From Klebsiella pneumoniae (GTDB lineage: Bacteria; Pseudomonadota; Gammaproteobacteria; Pseudomonadales; CAMAPQ01): 62,855 nt of DNA. Positions 16,082 through 25,542 of the stretch are shown here, in pieces (the first letter of the stretch is position 1; each line of letters starts with the position of its first letter). The stretch is taken from NCBI GenBank assembly GCA_945860125.1, contig CAMAPQ010000002.1, positions 1 to 62,855 on the forward strand, given 5' to 3'. Under the pieces are notes generated by a model, which saw nothing but the letters and a program-made list of their open reading frames with translations, was not told where the DNA came from and did not search any database. The position numbers were made by a program, and so were the translations under genes.

Positions 16082-17429
16082 AGTGTTATATCGCAGTAAG
16101 CCAGTTAAAGAATTAAAAGGCGAGTGTCGCTGTCCGGGTGATAAATCAGTTTCTCATCGTTCTATCATGATGGGCTCAGTTGCTAAAGGAATAACCCGTG
16201 TACGCGGGTTTCTTGAGGGTGAGGATAACTTAGCAACGCTAAAAGCATTTCAGCGTATGGGTATTGAAATTGTTATTGAAAAAACAGGCGATATTATCGT
16301 TCATGGGAAAGGGCTTTATGGCTTAGAGAAACCTGGCGCACCTTTATATCTTGGTAATTCTGGTACCTCTATTCGTCTTTTAACGGGCTTATTTGCTGCG
16401 CAACGGTTTGATTTGTGTTTAGAGGGGGATGAATCTTTATCTCGTCGGCCGATGAAAAGGGTGACGGAGCCACTCAAATTAATGGGCGCTAAAATTGAGA
16501 CCTCCCCAACTGGTACGCCACCAGTCAAAATTTGGGGTGGTCAAACTTTAACTGGAATTGATTTTGTTTTACCGGTTGCGAGTGCTCAGGTTAAGTCCTC
16601 AATTTTACTAGCAGGTTTATATGCTCATGGCACAACATGTGTTACTGAAAATGAGCCGACAAGAGATCATACAGAAAGAATGTTTCAGGCTTTCCAGTTA
16701 GAGGTAATGACTGAAGTTTTGGATGAAAATAAAGAAGCCGTTTGTTTAACAGGTAGGCGTCGTATTACCTTGCAAGGTGGTCAAACTTTATTAGCGGCAG
16801 ATATTCAAGTGCCTGCTGATATTTCTTCTTCTGCTTTTTTTATTGTGGCGGCTTTAATTGCGCATAAGGCTGAAATTATTATTAAAGGTATCGGCGTAAA
16901 TCCCACGAGAACAGGTATCTTGCCGATTCTCAAAGCAATGGGCGCTAAAATTTCGCTTGAAAATGAGCGGATAGAGGGCGGTGAGCCGGTTGCTGATCTT
17001 ATTGTATTGTCCAGTGAATTAGTGGGTATTGATATTCCAAGAGAAACGATTCCCTTAGCAATTGATGAGTTTCCTATTGTTTTTGTGGCGGCTGCTTGTG
17101 CAAAAGGTATTACACGGTTACGTCATGCTGAAGAGCTGCGCGTAAAGGAAAGTGATCGTATTGCTGCAATGGCGGAGGGGTTAACTAAGTTAGGGATTGA
17201 AACAACGGTATACCCAGATGGTATTGATATTGTGGGGGGCACCTTAAAAAGTGGAAGGGTTAATAGTTTAGGTGATCATCGTATTGCAATGGCTTTTACA
17301 GTTGCCGCTTTGCGGGCTGAGGGTGTTGTTGAAATAGAGGATTGCGCTAATGTCGCAACATCTTTTCCTAATTTTATTAGTATGGCCCGCAGTTTAGGTT
17401 TTGATATAACCGTAGAGGTGGGTAAGTGA
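16071..17429 (+). CDS. aroA: 3-phosphoshikimate 1-carboxyvinyltransferase (EPSP synthase)
   Basis: CPGDKSVSHRSIMMGSVA, LYLGNSGTSIRLL, ESLSRRPMKRV and RVKESDRIAAMA are classic AroA motifs. The start is 16071 or 16056; the ORF track start at 16002 overlaps the upstream gene. Confidence 0.92.
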   Translation: MSNKVLYRSKPVKELKGECRCPGDKSVSHRSIMMGSVAKGITRVRGFLEGEDNLATLKAFQRMGIEIVIEKTGDIIVHGKGLYGLEKPGAPLYLGNSGTSIRLLTGLFAAQRFDLCLEGDESLSRRPMKRVTEPLKLMGAKIETSPTGTPPVKIWGGQTLTGIDFVLPVASAQVKSSILLAGLYAHGTTCVTENEPTRDHTERMFQAFQLEVMTEVLDENKEAVCLTGRRRITLQGGQTLLAADIQVPADISSSAFFIVAALIAHKAEIIIKGIGVNPTRTGILPILKAMGAKISLENERIEGGEPVADLIVLSSELVGIDIPRETIPLAIDEFPIVFVAAACAKGITRLRHAEELRVKESDRIAAMAEGLTKLGIETTVYPDGIDIVGGTLKSGRVNSLGDHRIAMAFTVAALRAEGVVEIEDCANVATSFPNFISMARSLGFDITVEVGK

Positions 17430-18145
17430 GCATATCTCAAGAGCAAAAAATTCAAGTGCCTGTTATTACGGTAGATGGCCCCAGTGGTTCAGGTAAAGGT
17501 ACGTTAGCTAAAAGAGTCGCAAGTGGCTTGGGGTGGCATTTTCTAGATAGTGGCGCCTTGTATCGAATTTTGGCCTATTTAATTAATCAGAAGAATGTTG
17601 ATCTTTCTAATATTGTAGAAATTTGTCATATAGCTGAAAAAATGGAAATAACATTTAGCCAGGATGCATCTGGACGCGATGTTATTTTTATGGAAGGAGA
17701 TAACATTGCTTCACTGATACGTTCTGAGAAAATAGGCGGGTTGGCTTCTCAAGTTGCGGTATTGCCTGATGTGCGTCAAGCGTTACTTGTGAGGCAGCAT
17801 TGTTTTCAAAAACCGCCTGGTTTAGTCGCGGATGGGCGTGATATGGGAACGGTGGTTTTCCCTTTTGCGCAATTAAAAATATTTTTAATTGCCTCAGCTG
17901 AAGTGCGTGCACAAAGGCGTGTGCGTCAGCTTGAAAGTATGGGGCTTGTTGCTGATTTTAATGCCGTTCTTGAAGAGATTAAGTTGCGAGATTTGCGAGA
18001 TCGTGAGCGTGCTGCTGCGCCTTTAAAGGCAGCTATCGATGCAGTTGTCATTGATAGTTCATTTCTAACCGCAGATAAAGTGCTCGATCATGTTTTAATG
18101 TTGGCGCATGAGCGCAATTTGCCTTCTTTTATGCGGCGAAAGTGA
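17426..18145 (+). CDS. cmk: Cytidylate kinase
   Basis: ITVDGPSGSGKGTLAKRVASGLGWHFLDSGALYR is the P-loop plus Cmk signature. It has a 4-nt overlap with aroA. Confidence 0.92.
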   Translation: MSISQEQKIQVPVITVDGPSGSGKGTLAKRVASGLGWHFLDSGALYRILAYLINQKNVDLSNIVEICHIAEKMEITFSQDASGRDVIFMEGDNIASLIRSEKIGGLASQVAVLPDVRQALLVRQHCFQKPPGLVADGRDMGTVVFPFAQLKIFLIASAEVRAQRRVRQLESMGLVADFNAVLEEIKLRDLRDRERAAAPLKAAIDAVVIDSSFLTADKVLDHVLMLAHERNLPSFMRRK

Positions 18146-18415
18146 TTTTTTTTAAATAATCTACACTTGATTGAATCGTGACAAAATAATGTGTTTGGCG
18201 TAATATTGCGCCTCGGGCGAGCGTTGTCTCGCAAAAGTGCTCTGTTTTTATGCTAATGCCAGCTGCATGGAACAAAGTGTTTTTTTTCAGACTCCGTATG
18301 ATGCTGGTTTAAATACGTGAATTAATGCATGCAATGAAAAATCGTTACAGCTCTTTCGTTCAGACGGATGGTGTCGTGATATAGGTTTTTCAAAAGCTCG
18401 GTAAGGGTGATGATA

Positions 18416-20104
18416 ATGGTTGAGAGTTTTGCAGAATTATTTGAAGAAAGCCTTAAAGAGTCGGATTTAAATCCTGGCTCAATTGTTCGCGGAACCGTTA
18501 TTGCTATTAATGACAATTTTGTCACGGTTTATGCTGGTCTGAAGTCAGAAGGTTTAATTCCTGTTTCTCAGTTTAAAAATGAGTTCGGCCAATTAGATGT
18601 CAATGTTGGCGATGAAGTCGATGTGGCTGTAGAAGTTCTCGAAGATGGTTATGGTGAGACACGTTTATCTCGTGAAAAAGCACGTAGATATGAAGCGTGG
18701 GGCCGTTTGCAAAAAGCGTTTGATGAGCAAGCTTTGGTTACTGGTATTATTAATGGCAAAGTGAAGGGTGGCTTTACTGTAGAACTTGAAAATGTTCGCG
18801 CTTTCTTACCTGGCTCTTTAGTTGATGTGCGTCCTGTTCGTGATAGCAGCCATCTTGAAGGCAAGCCTCTAGAGTTCAAAGTCATTAAAATTGATGCAAA
18901 ACGTAACAACGTTGTTGTTTCTCGTCGTGCAGTGCTTGAGCAAGAATCAGTGGGCGATAAAGAAGCGCTTCTTCAAACCTTATCTGAAGGAATGGAAGTA
19001 AAAGGCTTGGTGAAAAACCTTACTGATTACGGCGCATTCATTGACTTGGGCGGCGTTGATGGATTGTTACATATCACTGATATGGCTTGGAAACGTATTA
19101 AGCATCCTAGTGAGTTACTCAATATCGGCGATGAAATCAGTGTCAAAGTACTGAAGTTTGATCGTGATAAAAATCGTGTTTCTCTTGGCTTTAAACAGTT
19201 AACTGAAGATCCTTGGTTGGCGGTAACGAAGAAATACCCAGAAGGTGCTAGAGTTTCTGCAAAAATTACCAATCTTACAGACTATGGTTGTTTTGCTGAG
19301 ATTGAAAATGGCGTTGAAGGTTTGGTTCACGTTTCAGAAATGGACTGGACAAACAAAAATATTCATCCTTCTAAAGTTGTGAATTTAGGTGATGAAGTTG
19401 AAGTATTAGTTTTAGATATTGATGAAGAGCGTCGTCGTATTTCGCTTGGTATGAAACAATGCAAACCGAATCCTTGGGAAGAGTTTGCAACCCATCATAA
19501 TAAGGGTGAAAAAGTATCTGGAAAGATTAAATCTATTACAGACTTTGGTATCTTTATTGGCTTGGATGGTAATATTGATGGTCTCATTCATCTTTCTGAC
19601 CTTTCTTGGGAAGAAGCGGGCGAAGAAGTGGTTCGTCGCTATAAGAAAGGTGAAGATCTTGAAGCCGTTATTCTTTCTATTGATTCAGAAAGAGAGCGTA
19701 TTTCACTTGGCGTTAAGCAATTGAAAGATGATCCTTTTAGTATGTATCTTGCTAATAATGAGAAGGGCGTTATCGTTCCAGCCATTGTTAGGAAAGTAGA
19801 GCCAAAAGCGGCAATTGTTGAGCTAGTTGAAGGCGTTGAAGCAATACTAAGAGCTTCTGAAATTAGCAAAGACAGAGTCGAAGATGCGCGTACTAAACTG
19901 AACGAAGGTGAGACTATTGAAGTGAAAATTATCGCGGTTGACCGTAAAAAACGCGAAATTTTAGTTTCGATCAAGGCTAAAGATCAGGATAAATATGAAA
20001 AAGATGAGAAGCCAGCGCGTACTGAGAAAACAGCAGATTCTGCTGCGCCGAAGACGATTGGTGATCTTATTAAGCAGCAGATGGATAATTTGTCAGGTAA
20101 CTGA
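18416..20104 (+). CDS. rpsA: 30S ribosomal protein S1
   Basis: [15 protein letters not shown]...[11 protein letters not shown] matches the E. coli S1 N-terminus, and six S1 repeats are present. The ORF track starts at 18407 (GTG); the ATG at 18416 fits the homologue alignment. Confidence 0.95.
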   Translation: MVESFAELFEESLKESDLNPGSIVRGTVIAINDNFVTVYAGLKSEGLIPVSQFKNEFGQLDVNVGDEVDVAVEVLEDGYGETRLSREKARRYEAWGRLQKAFDEQALVTGIINGKVKGGFTVELENVRAFLPGSLVDVRPVRDSSHLEGKPLEFKVIKIDAKRNNVVVSRRAVLEQESVGDKEALLQTLSEGMEVKGLVKNLTDYGAFIDLGGVDGLLHITDMAWKRIKHPSELLNIGDEISVKVLKFDRDKNRVSLGFKQLTEDPWLAVTKKYPEGARVSAKITNLTDYGCFAEIENGVEGLVHVSEMDWTNKNIHPSKVVNLGDEVEVLVLDIDEERRRISLGMKQCKPNPWEEFATHHNKGEKVSGKIKSITDFGIFIGLDGNIDGLIHLSDLSWEEAGEEVVRRYKKGEDLEAVILSIDSERERISLGVKQLKDDPFSMYLANNEKGVIVPAIVRKVEPKAAIVELVEGVEAILRASEISKDRVEDARTKLNEGETIEVKIIAVDRKKREILVSIKAKDQDKYEKDEKPARTEKTADSAAPKTIGDLIKQQMDNLSGN

Positions 20105-20126
20105 TCATTGTTGTTCTGTGTGTTGA

Positions 20127-20164
20127 AAAAAAGCCCCTCCAGTTTTTGGTGGGGCTTTTTTATT
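20127..20164 (+). terminator. Rho-independent terminator after rpsA
   Basis: aaaaaagcccc-tccagtttttggt-ggggctttttttattt: a GC-rich stem (agcccc/ggggct) followed by a T-run, 23 bp after the rpsA stop. Confidence 0.8.
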
Positions 20165-20248
20165 TAGTGCTGGGTATTGTGGAAGGGGTTATTTTGCAAT
20201 TAATTCTGCTCATTTGATCGATAATTGTTCGATTAATATGGAAATTGA

Positions 20249-21625
20249 ATGAATACAGTACAGCCTCATAAGCTTCATTATATTGGTAAGTACCAAATTA
20301 TTGGTGAGCTAGGTCGGGGCGCTATGGGCGTAGTTTATCGGGGTTTTGATCCTGATATTGGTCGATATGTTGCAATTAAGACGCTTCATGCGCATATATT
20401 AAATACCCCAGAAGGAAAAGAGTGCCTGCTTCGTTTTCATAATGAAGTCAAAATTACAGGTTGTTTTAATCATTCAGGTATTGTTTCGATCTATGAATTT
20501 TTAGTTGACCAAGATATTCCTTATTTTGTAATGGAATATGTTGAAGGCAAAGAGCTTAAAAAAGTACTACTTTCAGGAAAGAAATTTAAATGGCAAGAAG
20601 CACTTGTTGTGATAACAAATCTGCTAGATATTTTGATTTATGTGCATAAAAAAGGCGTTATTCACCGAGATATAAAGCCTGCAAACATTTTTTTGATGGA
20701 AGAGGGTGGTGTAAAGCTAACAGATTTTGGTATTGCGCATACCGAGTATTCTGATTTAACACAACTGGGTAGTATTTTAGGTACACCTAATTATATGTCG
20801 CCAGAACAGTGTCTTGGTTCCTTGGTAGGTTATGGTTCTGATTTATTTTCAGTTGCAGTTGTCCTTTATGAAATGATGACGGGTATGAAACCTTTTACAG
20901 CAAATGAAACTGAGCTAATCATGCAAAGAGTGGTCATGCTGTCACCAAAATCTTTCGATTATTATTTGGTTCATCTGCCCAGAGGATTAGAAAAAGTACT
21001 ATTTAAGGCGCTTGATAAAAACTTTGAAAAACGGTTTTCTTCAGCTGCTGACTTTAAGGCGCATTTAGATCATTTTCTCGTGAAAAAGCCGCTTTTTAAA
21101 AAGCCTTTTTTAAGCCTTTTTCTTGTTACATCTAGCTTTATTCTTTTTTTTCTCATATTCATTTTGTTTCTTTCTCTCTTTGAGGGCAGGCATTCATTAA
21201 GTCTTTTTTCAAGATTAGATGAGCCTGTTGAAAATTATATAAAGCAGCAAGTGGGTAGTACGTTTACTAATACTCAGGCGATCTCTTCGCCTAGTCATTA
21301 TTCTCAAGCTCAACACTCCTATCGTGAAAAAGTAAAGCGTCTTTTGAAGGTTGCAGAAGCACATTTTCAGATGGAGCGTTTACTCTCACCGCCAGGGAGT
21401 AATGCTTATGATGCTTATCAGCTTGTATTAGAAATTGAGCCTAATAATAAAGCAGCAAGTGAAGGTTTAGTAAAAGTTCAGCAATTTTATATTAATAAAG
21501 TTGAGTTTTTAATTGATCAAGGCGAAATAGAAGAAGCCAAAGCGCACATTGAAATAGCGCTTAAATTTTTCCCCAGGAACGAAAAAATTCAGGCGCTATC
21601 TAAACAATTAAGCCAATCCCACTAA
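20249..21625 (+). CDS. Hanks-type (eukaryotic-like) Ser/Thr protein kinase with TM segment and C-terminal TPR-like region
   Basis: Glycine-rich loop GELGRGAMGVVYRG and AIK Lys. Catalytic loop HRDIKPANIFL, then DFGIA and GTPNYMSPEQ. TM segment FLSLFLVTSSFILFFLIFILFLSLF. The C-terminus SNAYDAYQLVLEIEPNNKAA...ALKFFPRNEK is TPR-like. Confidence 0.85.
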   Translation: MNTVQPHKLHYIGKYQIIGELGRGAMGVVYRGFDPDIGRYVAIKTLHAHILNTPEGKECLLRFHNEVKITGCFNHSGIVSIYEFLVDQDIPYFVMEYVEGKELKKVLLSGKKFKWQEALVVITNLLDILIYVHKKGVIHRDIKPANIFLMEEGGVKLTDFGIAHTEYSDLTQLGSILGTPNYMSPEQCLGSLVGYGSDLFSVAVVLYEMMTGMKPFTANETELIMQRVVMLSPKSFDYYLVHLPRGLEKVLFKALDKNFEKRFSSAADFKAHLDHFLVKKPLFKKPFLSLFLVTSSFILFFLIFILFLSLFEGRHSLSLFSRLDEPVENYIKQQVGSTFTNTQAISSPSHYSQAQHSYREKVKRLLKVAEAHFQMERLLSPPGSNAYDAYQLVLEIEPNNKAASEGLVKVQQFYINKVEFLIDQGEIEEAKAHIEIALKFFPRNEKIQALSKQLSQSH

Positions 21626-22323
21626 TAAAACTCAAACTCTACTTTTGCGCGAAGGGTTAGCTTGGGTGAAGCATCTGTTACACCCGCCAGAGCGGCTAAT
21701 GAATAACCCCATTTTTGTTTGTTTTGATTGATCGGTGTATAGCCTTCTATGGCTGGCCCTATTAGGGTTTCATATTCATTGCTGAATAATTGAATGCTAG
21801 GATTATAGGCAGGTTTTAACCTCAATTTAGCTTGCATAGATAGGCCTGCTTCAATTTTACCTTCTGCATTATTACCAACTTCTTTCTCAACGAGTAAATT
21901 TGTAATCCATGTCCAGTTTGAGAAGTCTTTTTGGAGCAGAAGCCCTGCCTCTATTTCGTTAGGGGAATCATCTTGTTGCGATTTTATTAGCTCAATAAGC
22001 GCACCAAAATCTAAAAAATATTCGCCAGGTTCTGAGAGCATCACAATATTTTCAATGCCTACTTCTGTTAAGCGATTAATATTCTCATTATCAGTTTCGC
22101 TTACAGTGATTAATTCTGCTTTCCAGTTTGAAGTCACCGCTTTTGCAAATTCTAAATAGTAAGCTTCGTTGTGATTATCACCATCTCTTATAAAATCTGT
22201 AGTTAACTCAATTTCATTTTCACCTTCTTCAACATGTGGTGAATAAATTGTGTGTCCAGCAAAACAAGATAGGGGGAGATAAAAAAAAGGCAAAAGAAGG
22301 GTGCGGGCATGTTTTTTAAGCAT
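21622..22323 (-). CDS. Putative outer-membrane beta-barrel protein, last gene of the FTR1 operon
   Basis: Has a signal peptide, alternating amphipathic strands, and a C-terminal ...RAKVEFEFY aromatic terminus typical of OMPs. Function unknown. Confidence 0.45.
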   Translation of the reverse strand: MLKKHARTLLLPFFYLPLSCFAGHTIYSPHVEEGENEIELTTDFIRDGDNHNEAYYLEFAKAVTSNWKAELITVSETDNENINRLTEVGIENIVMLSEPGEYFLDFGALIELIKSQQDDSPNEIEAGLLLQKDFSNWTWITNLLVEKEVGNNAEGKIEAGLSMQAKLRLKPAYNPSIQLFSNEYETLIGPAIEGYTPINQNKQKWGYSLAALAGVTDASPKLTLRAKVEFEFY

Positions 22324-22368
22324 ATTTTTCTCTAAAAAATTCAGTTAAATTAAAAAATAAAGATCTGT

Positions 22369-23226
22369 CTAAAAGTGTTGTTGGTTGATAGGCAGTGCAG
22401 CTGAAATTGATATTTTGCTGCTTTTTTTCGAGGGGGCGAGCCAATTCTTAATAGTAAGAATAACACTAATGGTTAGTATGAAAGCAGCGAGCTGAATGCC
22501 GCTAGGTCTTTCTTGATAGCCTATTAGAACATGTAATATTTGACCTAATAAACTTTGCTCAGGCAAGATGGTAGCGCTATCCCATACGGCTGGTATTAAC
22601 GAAGGAGCCCAGCCTGCTTGTTCTAGAAAGCCTGCAGCGTTGGACATCATGCCGCCGGCCAACAAAATAATCATCCAGTTGGTTACACTAAAAAAGTGTT
22701 TCACAGGAATACGCAGCAAGCCACGATATAGAAGAAAACCTGCGAGAGAGCCTGCTGAAAGGCCAAGCGCAAGCCCGTATATAACAGTGGAAGGGCTTGT
22801 TGAATCTGTTAGATAGCCTTCCAAGAAAAGAACGATTTCAGCACCTTCTCGAAGCACGGCAAGAATAATTGCGATAGCAAGTGTCACAAAAGTTTTTTGG
22901 CCAGAGGTCACTTGAACGCTCAGGCTTTTAAAGCGCATCGCAAGCTCTTTACCATGTTTTTCCATCCATACGACGTGCCAAGAGAGCATCATTACTGCGG
23001 TAAAAAGCACGCCAGCATTAAATAATTCTTGGCCTGTACCTGACATACTGTCAGAAATATTGCCGGCAAAAAAAGCAACAATAAAAGATAGCAGTGCACC
23101 AATGCCAATGCTGCCTAAAATCCATTTGATTCGATGAGGAATATTTTGTGTGGCAGCAGCAACAATACCAATAATGAGCGCAGCTTCTAATACTTCTCTA
23201 AAGACAATGATGCTGATGCCAAACAT
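22369..23226 (-). CDS. FTR1-family high-affinity iron permease
   Basis: Two REXXE motifs (FREVLEAALI and LREGAEIVLF) and seven hydrophobic helices. Confidence 0.8.
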   Translation of the reverse strand: MFGISIIVFREVLEAALIIGIVAAATQNIPHRIKWILGSIGIGALLSFIVAFFAGNISDSMSGTGQELFNAGVLFTAVMMLSWHVVWMEKHGKELAMRFKSLSVQVTSGQKTFVTLAIAIILAVLREGAEIVLFLEGYLTDSTSPSTVIYGLALGLSAGSLAGFLLYRGLLRIPVKHFFSVTNWMIILLAGGMMSNAAGFLEQAGWAPSLIPAVWDSATILPEQSLLGQILHVLIGYQERPSGIQLAAFILTISVILTIKNWLAPSKKSSKISISAALPINQQHF

Positions 23227-23257
23227 GATGACTCCCCTTAAATCTTCTTCAGAGTTT

Positions 23258-23662
23258 TTATTTTGCGATTATTTTTCCCTTGGCTGTTTCTTGATGAAAT
23301 TCGCCGAAATAATCATATGTGCCGGCTTTAAGTGGCCCAATAAAAATGATTGCTTGAGAGTTACCTTTAATCACTTTTTCACGGTTCATTGAGTGGCTCT
23401 CAAATTCTTCAGCAGTAGCATCTTTGTTGATAATTGTGAGTTTTACTTTTTTATCAGCAGGAATGGAGAGTTCGCTGGGGCTAAATTGATGATTCTCAAT
23501 GTTAATAATAAAGCCGCTTTCTTCTTCTGTATGAGCGATTACTGAGGTGGCAACGATTGAGGAAAGCAGAGCGAAAGAGGATAAAAGGCAAGTGGTTAAA
23601 TTTGCGCGTTTAAAGACAAATTTTGTTTGTAATTCAGACATATTGAGCCTCTTAATGTGCAT
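23258..23662 (-). CDS. Periplasmic cupredoxin-like protein
   Basis: Signal/anchor segment followed by IENHQFSPSELSIPADKKVKLTIINKDATAEEFESHSMN...GPLKAGTYDYFGEFH, a cupredoxin fold pattern. An alternative start is at 23641. Confidence 0.6.
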   Translation of the reverse strand: MHIKRLNMSELQTKFVFKRANLTTCLLSSFALLSSIVATSVIAHTEEESGFIINIENHQFSPSELSIPADKKVKLTIINKDATAEEFESHSMNREKVIKGNSQAIIFIGPLKAGTYDYFGEFHQETAKGKIIAK

Positions 23663-23726
23663 TGATATGTCTGAATTCTAGCAAGGGAAGTATACAAATG
23701 CAAATGTTTTGCATTTGTATTTGTAT

Positions 23727-24587
23727 TTATGATGCTTTGCTAAACAAACCCTTGATAGCTGTTTGTAAGTCTGCTGGCAGAAAGACCACTTTGCTGTTTT
23801 GAGATTGAGCCGTTTGTTTGATCGCCTCGATATATTTTTCACCAAGTAGAAAATAAAGTGGTAGTGCTGACGTTGTTTTTTGTGTTGTTTCAGTGATTTT
23901 TTCAATGGCTTGTCGGTTTGCGTCAGCGAGCAAAATTGTGGCTTCTGCTTCTCTGCGCGAGGCCTCAAGTTTTCCTTCTGCATTTAAAATAGCCGCTGAT
24001 TTTTCTCCTTCTGCACGTGTTACGGCAGCGCGTCTTGCTCGTTCGGCTGCACTTTGTTCTTCCATCGCCGCTTGCATCGTGGGAGAGGGTTTGATGTCTT
24101 GAATATCAACTGTTTTAAGGGTGACGCCCCAATCAGCAATATCATTTGAAATAGCTGTTTTCAGTTTGAGTTTAATTTGATTTCTTGAAGAAAGCGCCTC
24201 ATCTAAATCCATATCGCCGACAATCGATCGCAATGAAGTTTGCACGAGAAAGCGAATGGCTGTTTGGTAGTTCTCAACACCATACACTGCTTTTTCTGGG
24301 GAGATAATCGTAATATAGGCAATCGCATTAACTGTGATGACAACATTGTCTTTTGTGATCACTTCTTGTGCAGGAACATCTAGAACAATATCTTTGGTTG
24401 TAATGTTGTACGCTACACGATCAATCAAGGGAACAATAAAATCAAGTCCTGGCCCTGATATTTTATGAAACTTACCAAAACGTTCAACAATCACTTTTGA
24501 GCCTTGATCAACTTTAATTGCACATTTCCAGATAAAGATAAAAATAAAAGCACTAAACGTGGTAACAACAAAAAGTGAGGCATCCAT
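23727..24587 (-). CDS. SPFH/band-7 (stomatin-like) protein
   Basis: N-terminal TM followed by KVDQGSKVIVERFGKFH...TKDNVVITVNAIAYI...LRSIVGDMDLDEALSSR and an Ala/Glu-rich coiled coil. Confidence 0.85.
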   Translation of the reverse strand: MDASLFVVTTFSAFIFIFIWKCAIKVDQGSKVIVERFGKFHKISGPGLDFIVPLIDRVAYNITTKDIVLDVPAQEVITKDNVVITVNAIAYITIISPEKAVYGVENYQTAIRFLVQTSLRSIVGDMDLDEALSSRNQIKLKLKTAISNDIADWGVTLKTVDIQDIKPSPTMQAAMEEQSAAERARRAAVTRAEGEKSAAILNAEGKLEASRREAEATILLADANRQAIEKITETTQKTTSALPLYFLLGEKYIEAIKQTAQSQNSKVVFLPADLQTAIKGLFSKAS

Positions 24588-24599
24588 CAGCTATTTTCC

Positions 24600-25055
24600 T
24601 TAAAGTAGTGTTTTTTTAACAATTAGCGTATTACCGCTAACTTCAGTGATTTTGACATTATCCCCAAGTTCAACCTGCTTTTCACAGACAAATAGCCATT
24701 CGTCATTGCCTAGCAGGGGAATCGTAAAACGCATCATGCCAGGTTGTGCTTCAGTAGGTAACCTGATAACGCGCCCCGTTTCACCGATAACCGCTTCGCG
24801 TGCAACGCCTGCTAGCGTACGATTTTTCATCCTGGGTTTAAAGAGTTTAAAAAAGGCAGTGACAAATGCAATAGAACAAATTGTCCACAAAAAGATTTGA
24901 ATAGGAAAAGAAGCGGCAGGGAGGGCAAGTTTTACTAAGCTTACCAATAAAGCGCTTAATCCCAAGCATAAAGCAACAAAGCTTGGTACAAATAATTCAA
25001 CGGCAAGAAGAATAAAAGCAAATACAATCCAATGCCAAAATTGAAACTCAACCAT
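24600..25055 (-). CDS. NfeD-family membrane protein (partner of SPFH protein)
   Basis: Three N-terminal TM helices and a C-terminal OB-like soluble domain (GETGRVIRL...VKITEVSGNTLIV). It lies upstream of and adjacent to the SPFH gene, as in ybbJ-qmcA pairs. Confidence 0.75.
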   Translation of the reverse strand: MVEFQFWHWIVFAFILLAVELFVPSFVALCLGLSALLVSLVKLALPAASFPIQIFLWTICSIAFVTAFFKLFKPRMKNRTLAGVAREAVIGETGRVIRLPTEAQPGMMRFTIPLLGNDEWLFVCEKQVELGDNVKITEVSGNTLIVKKTLL

Positions 25056-25129
25056 CGTTATGCCTCGCTATCATTAAGAATTAGGTATTAAGAATAATAC
25101 ATTAGGCACGTTATTTTTTCTGTTATTTT

Positions 25130-25190
25130 AGACCTTATGCAAAACTGCCCCGCTTTGTTGTCGCGCTTCGTCGTATGATTTAGTTGTGCC
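25130..25190 (+). repeat. A-type element, left-half fragment (A2)
   Basis: agaccttatgcaaaactgccccgctttgttgtcgcgcttcgtcgtatgatttag matches the left arm and centre of the A consensus. The right arm is absent. Confidence 0.7.
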
Positions 25191-25273
25191 ATACCAAAAC
25201 TTTTCTAAAAAATAATTTACAACAAAAAAGAAGATCAGTTATTGTTACGTTTTAAGTGGTAAGCAACTTTAGT

Positions 25274-25374
25274 AGGATTTACGCAAAATTGCCCAGCTTT
25301 GTTATCGCGCTTCGTCGTACGATTTGTACTGCCTTCATCGCGACGTCTTGCTGGAACAATTTTGTGTAAGTCTT
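25274..25374 (+). mobile_element. A-type MITE-like element copy A3
   Basis: aggatttacgcaaaattgcccagctttgttatcgcgcttcgtcgtacgatttgtactgccttcatcgcgacgtcttgctggaacaattttgtgtaagtctt; full length. Confidence 0.8.
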
Positions 25375-25542
25375 ACTTAGAATTTAAATAGTTTCAGGAT
25401 GATTAATATATAAAAGAATGGTTTTATACAAGGAGTGTTGTAGGTGAAAAAAGACTTTTTAGCTATAAATAGCCCTTTATTCTCACATAAATCAGTTCAT
25501 GCGCTTGCAAAATCTAAAACAGTTAGAGAAAGGGAGTTATCT

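Noticed and set aside
21622-21625. 4-nt convergent overlap of the kinase and OMP-like gene stops
   Set aside because: This is a trivial consequence of CTAA/TTAG stop overlap. There is no evidence of antisense regulation.
23678-23983. 101-aa Lys/Gln-rich ORF on the minus strand
   Set aside because: It overlaps the 3' end of the SPFH gene in another frame. The SPFH frame has clear family motifs through its C-terminus.
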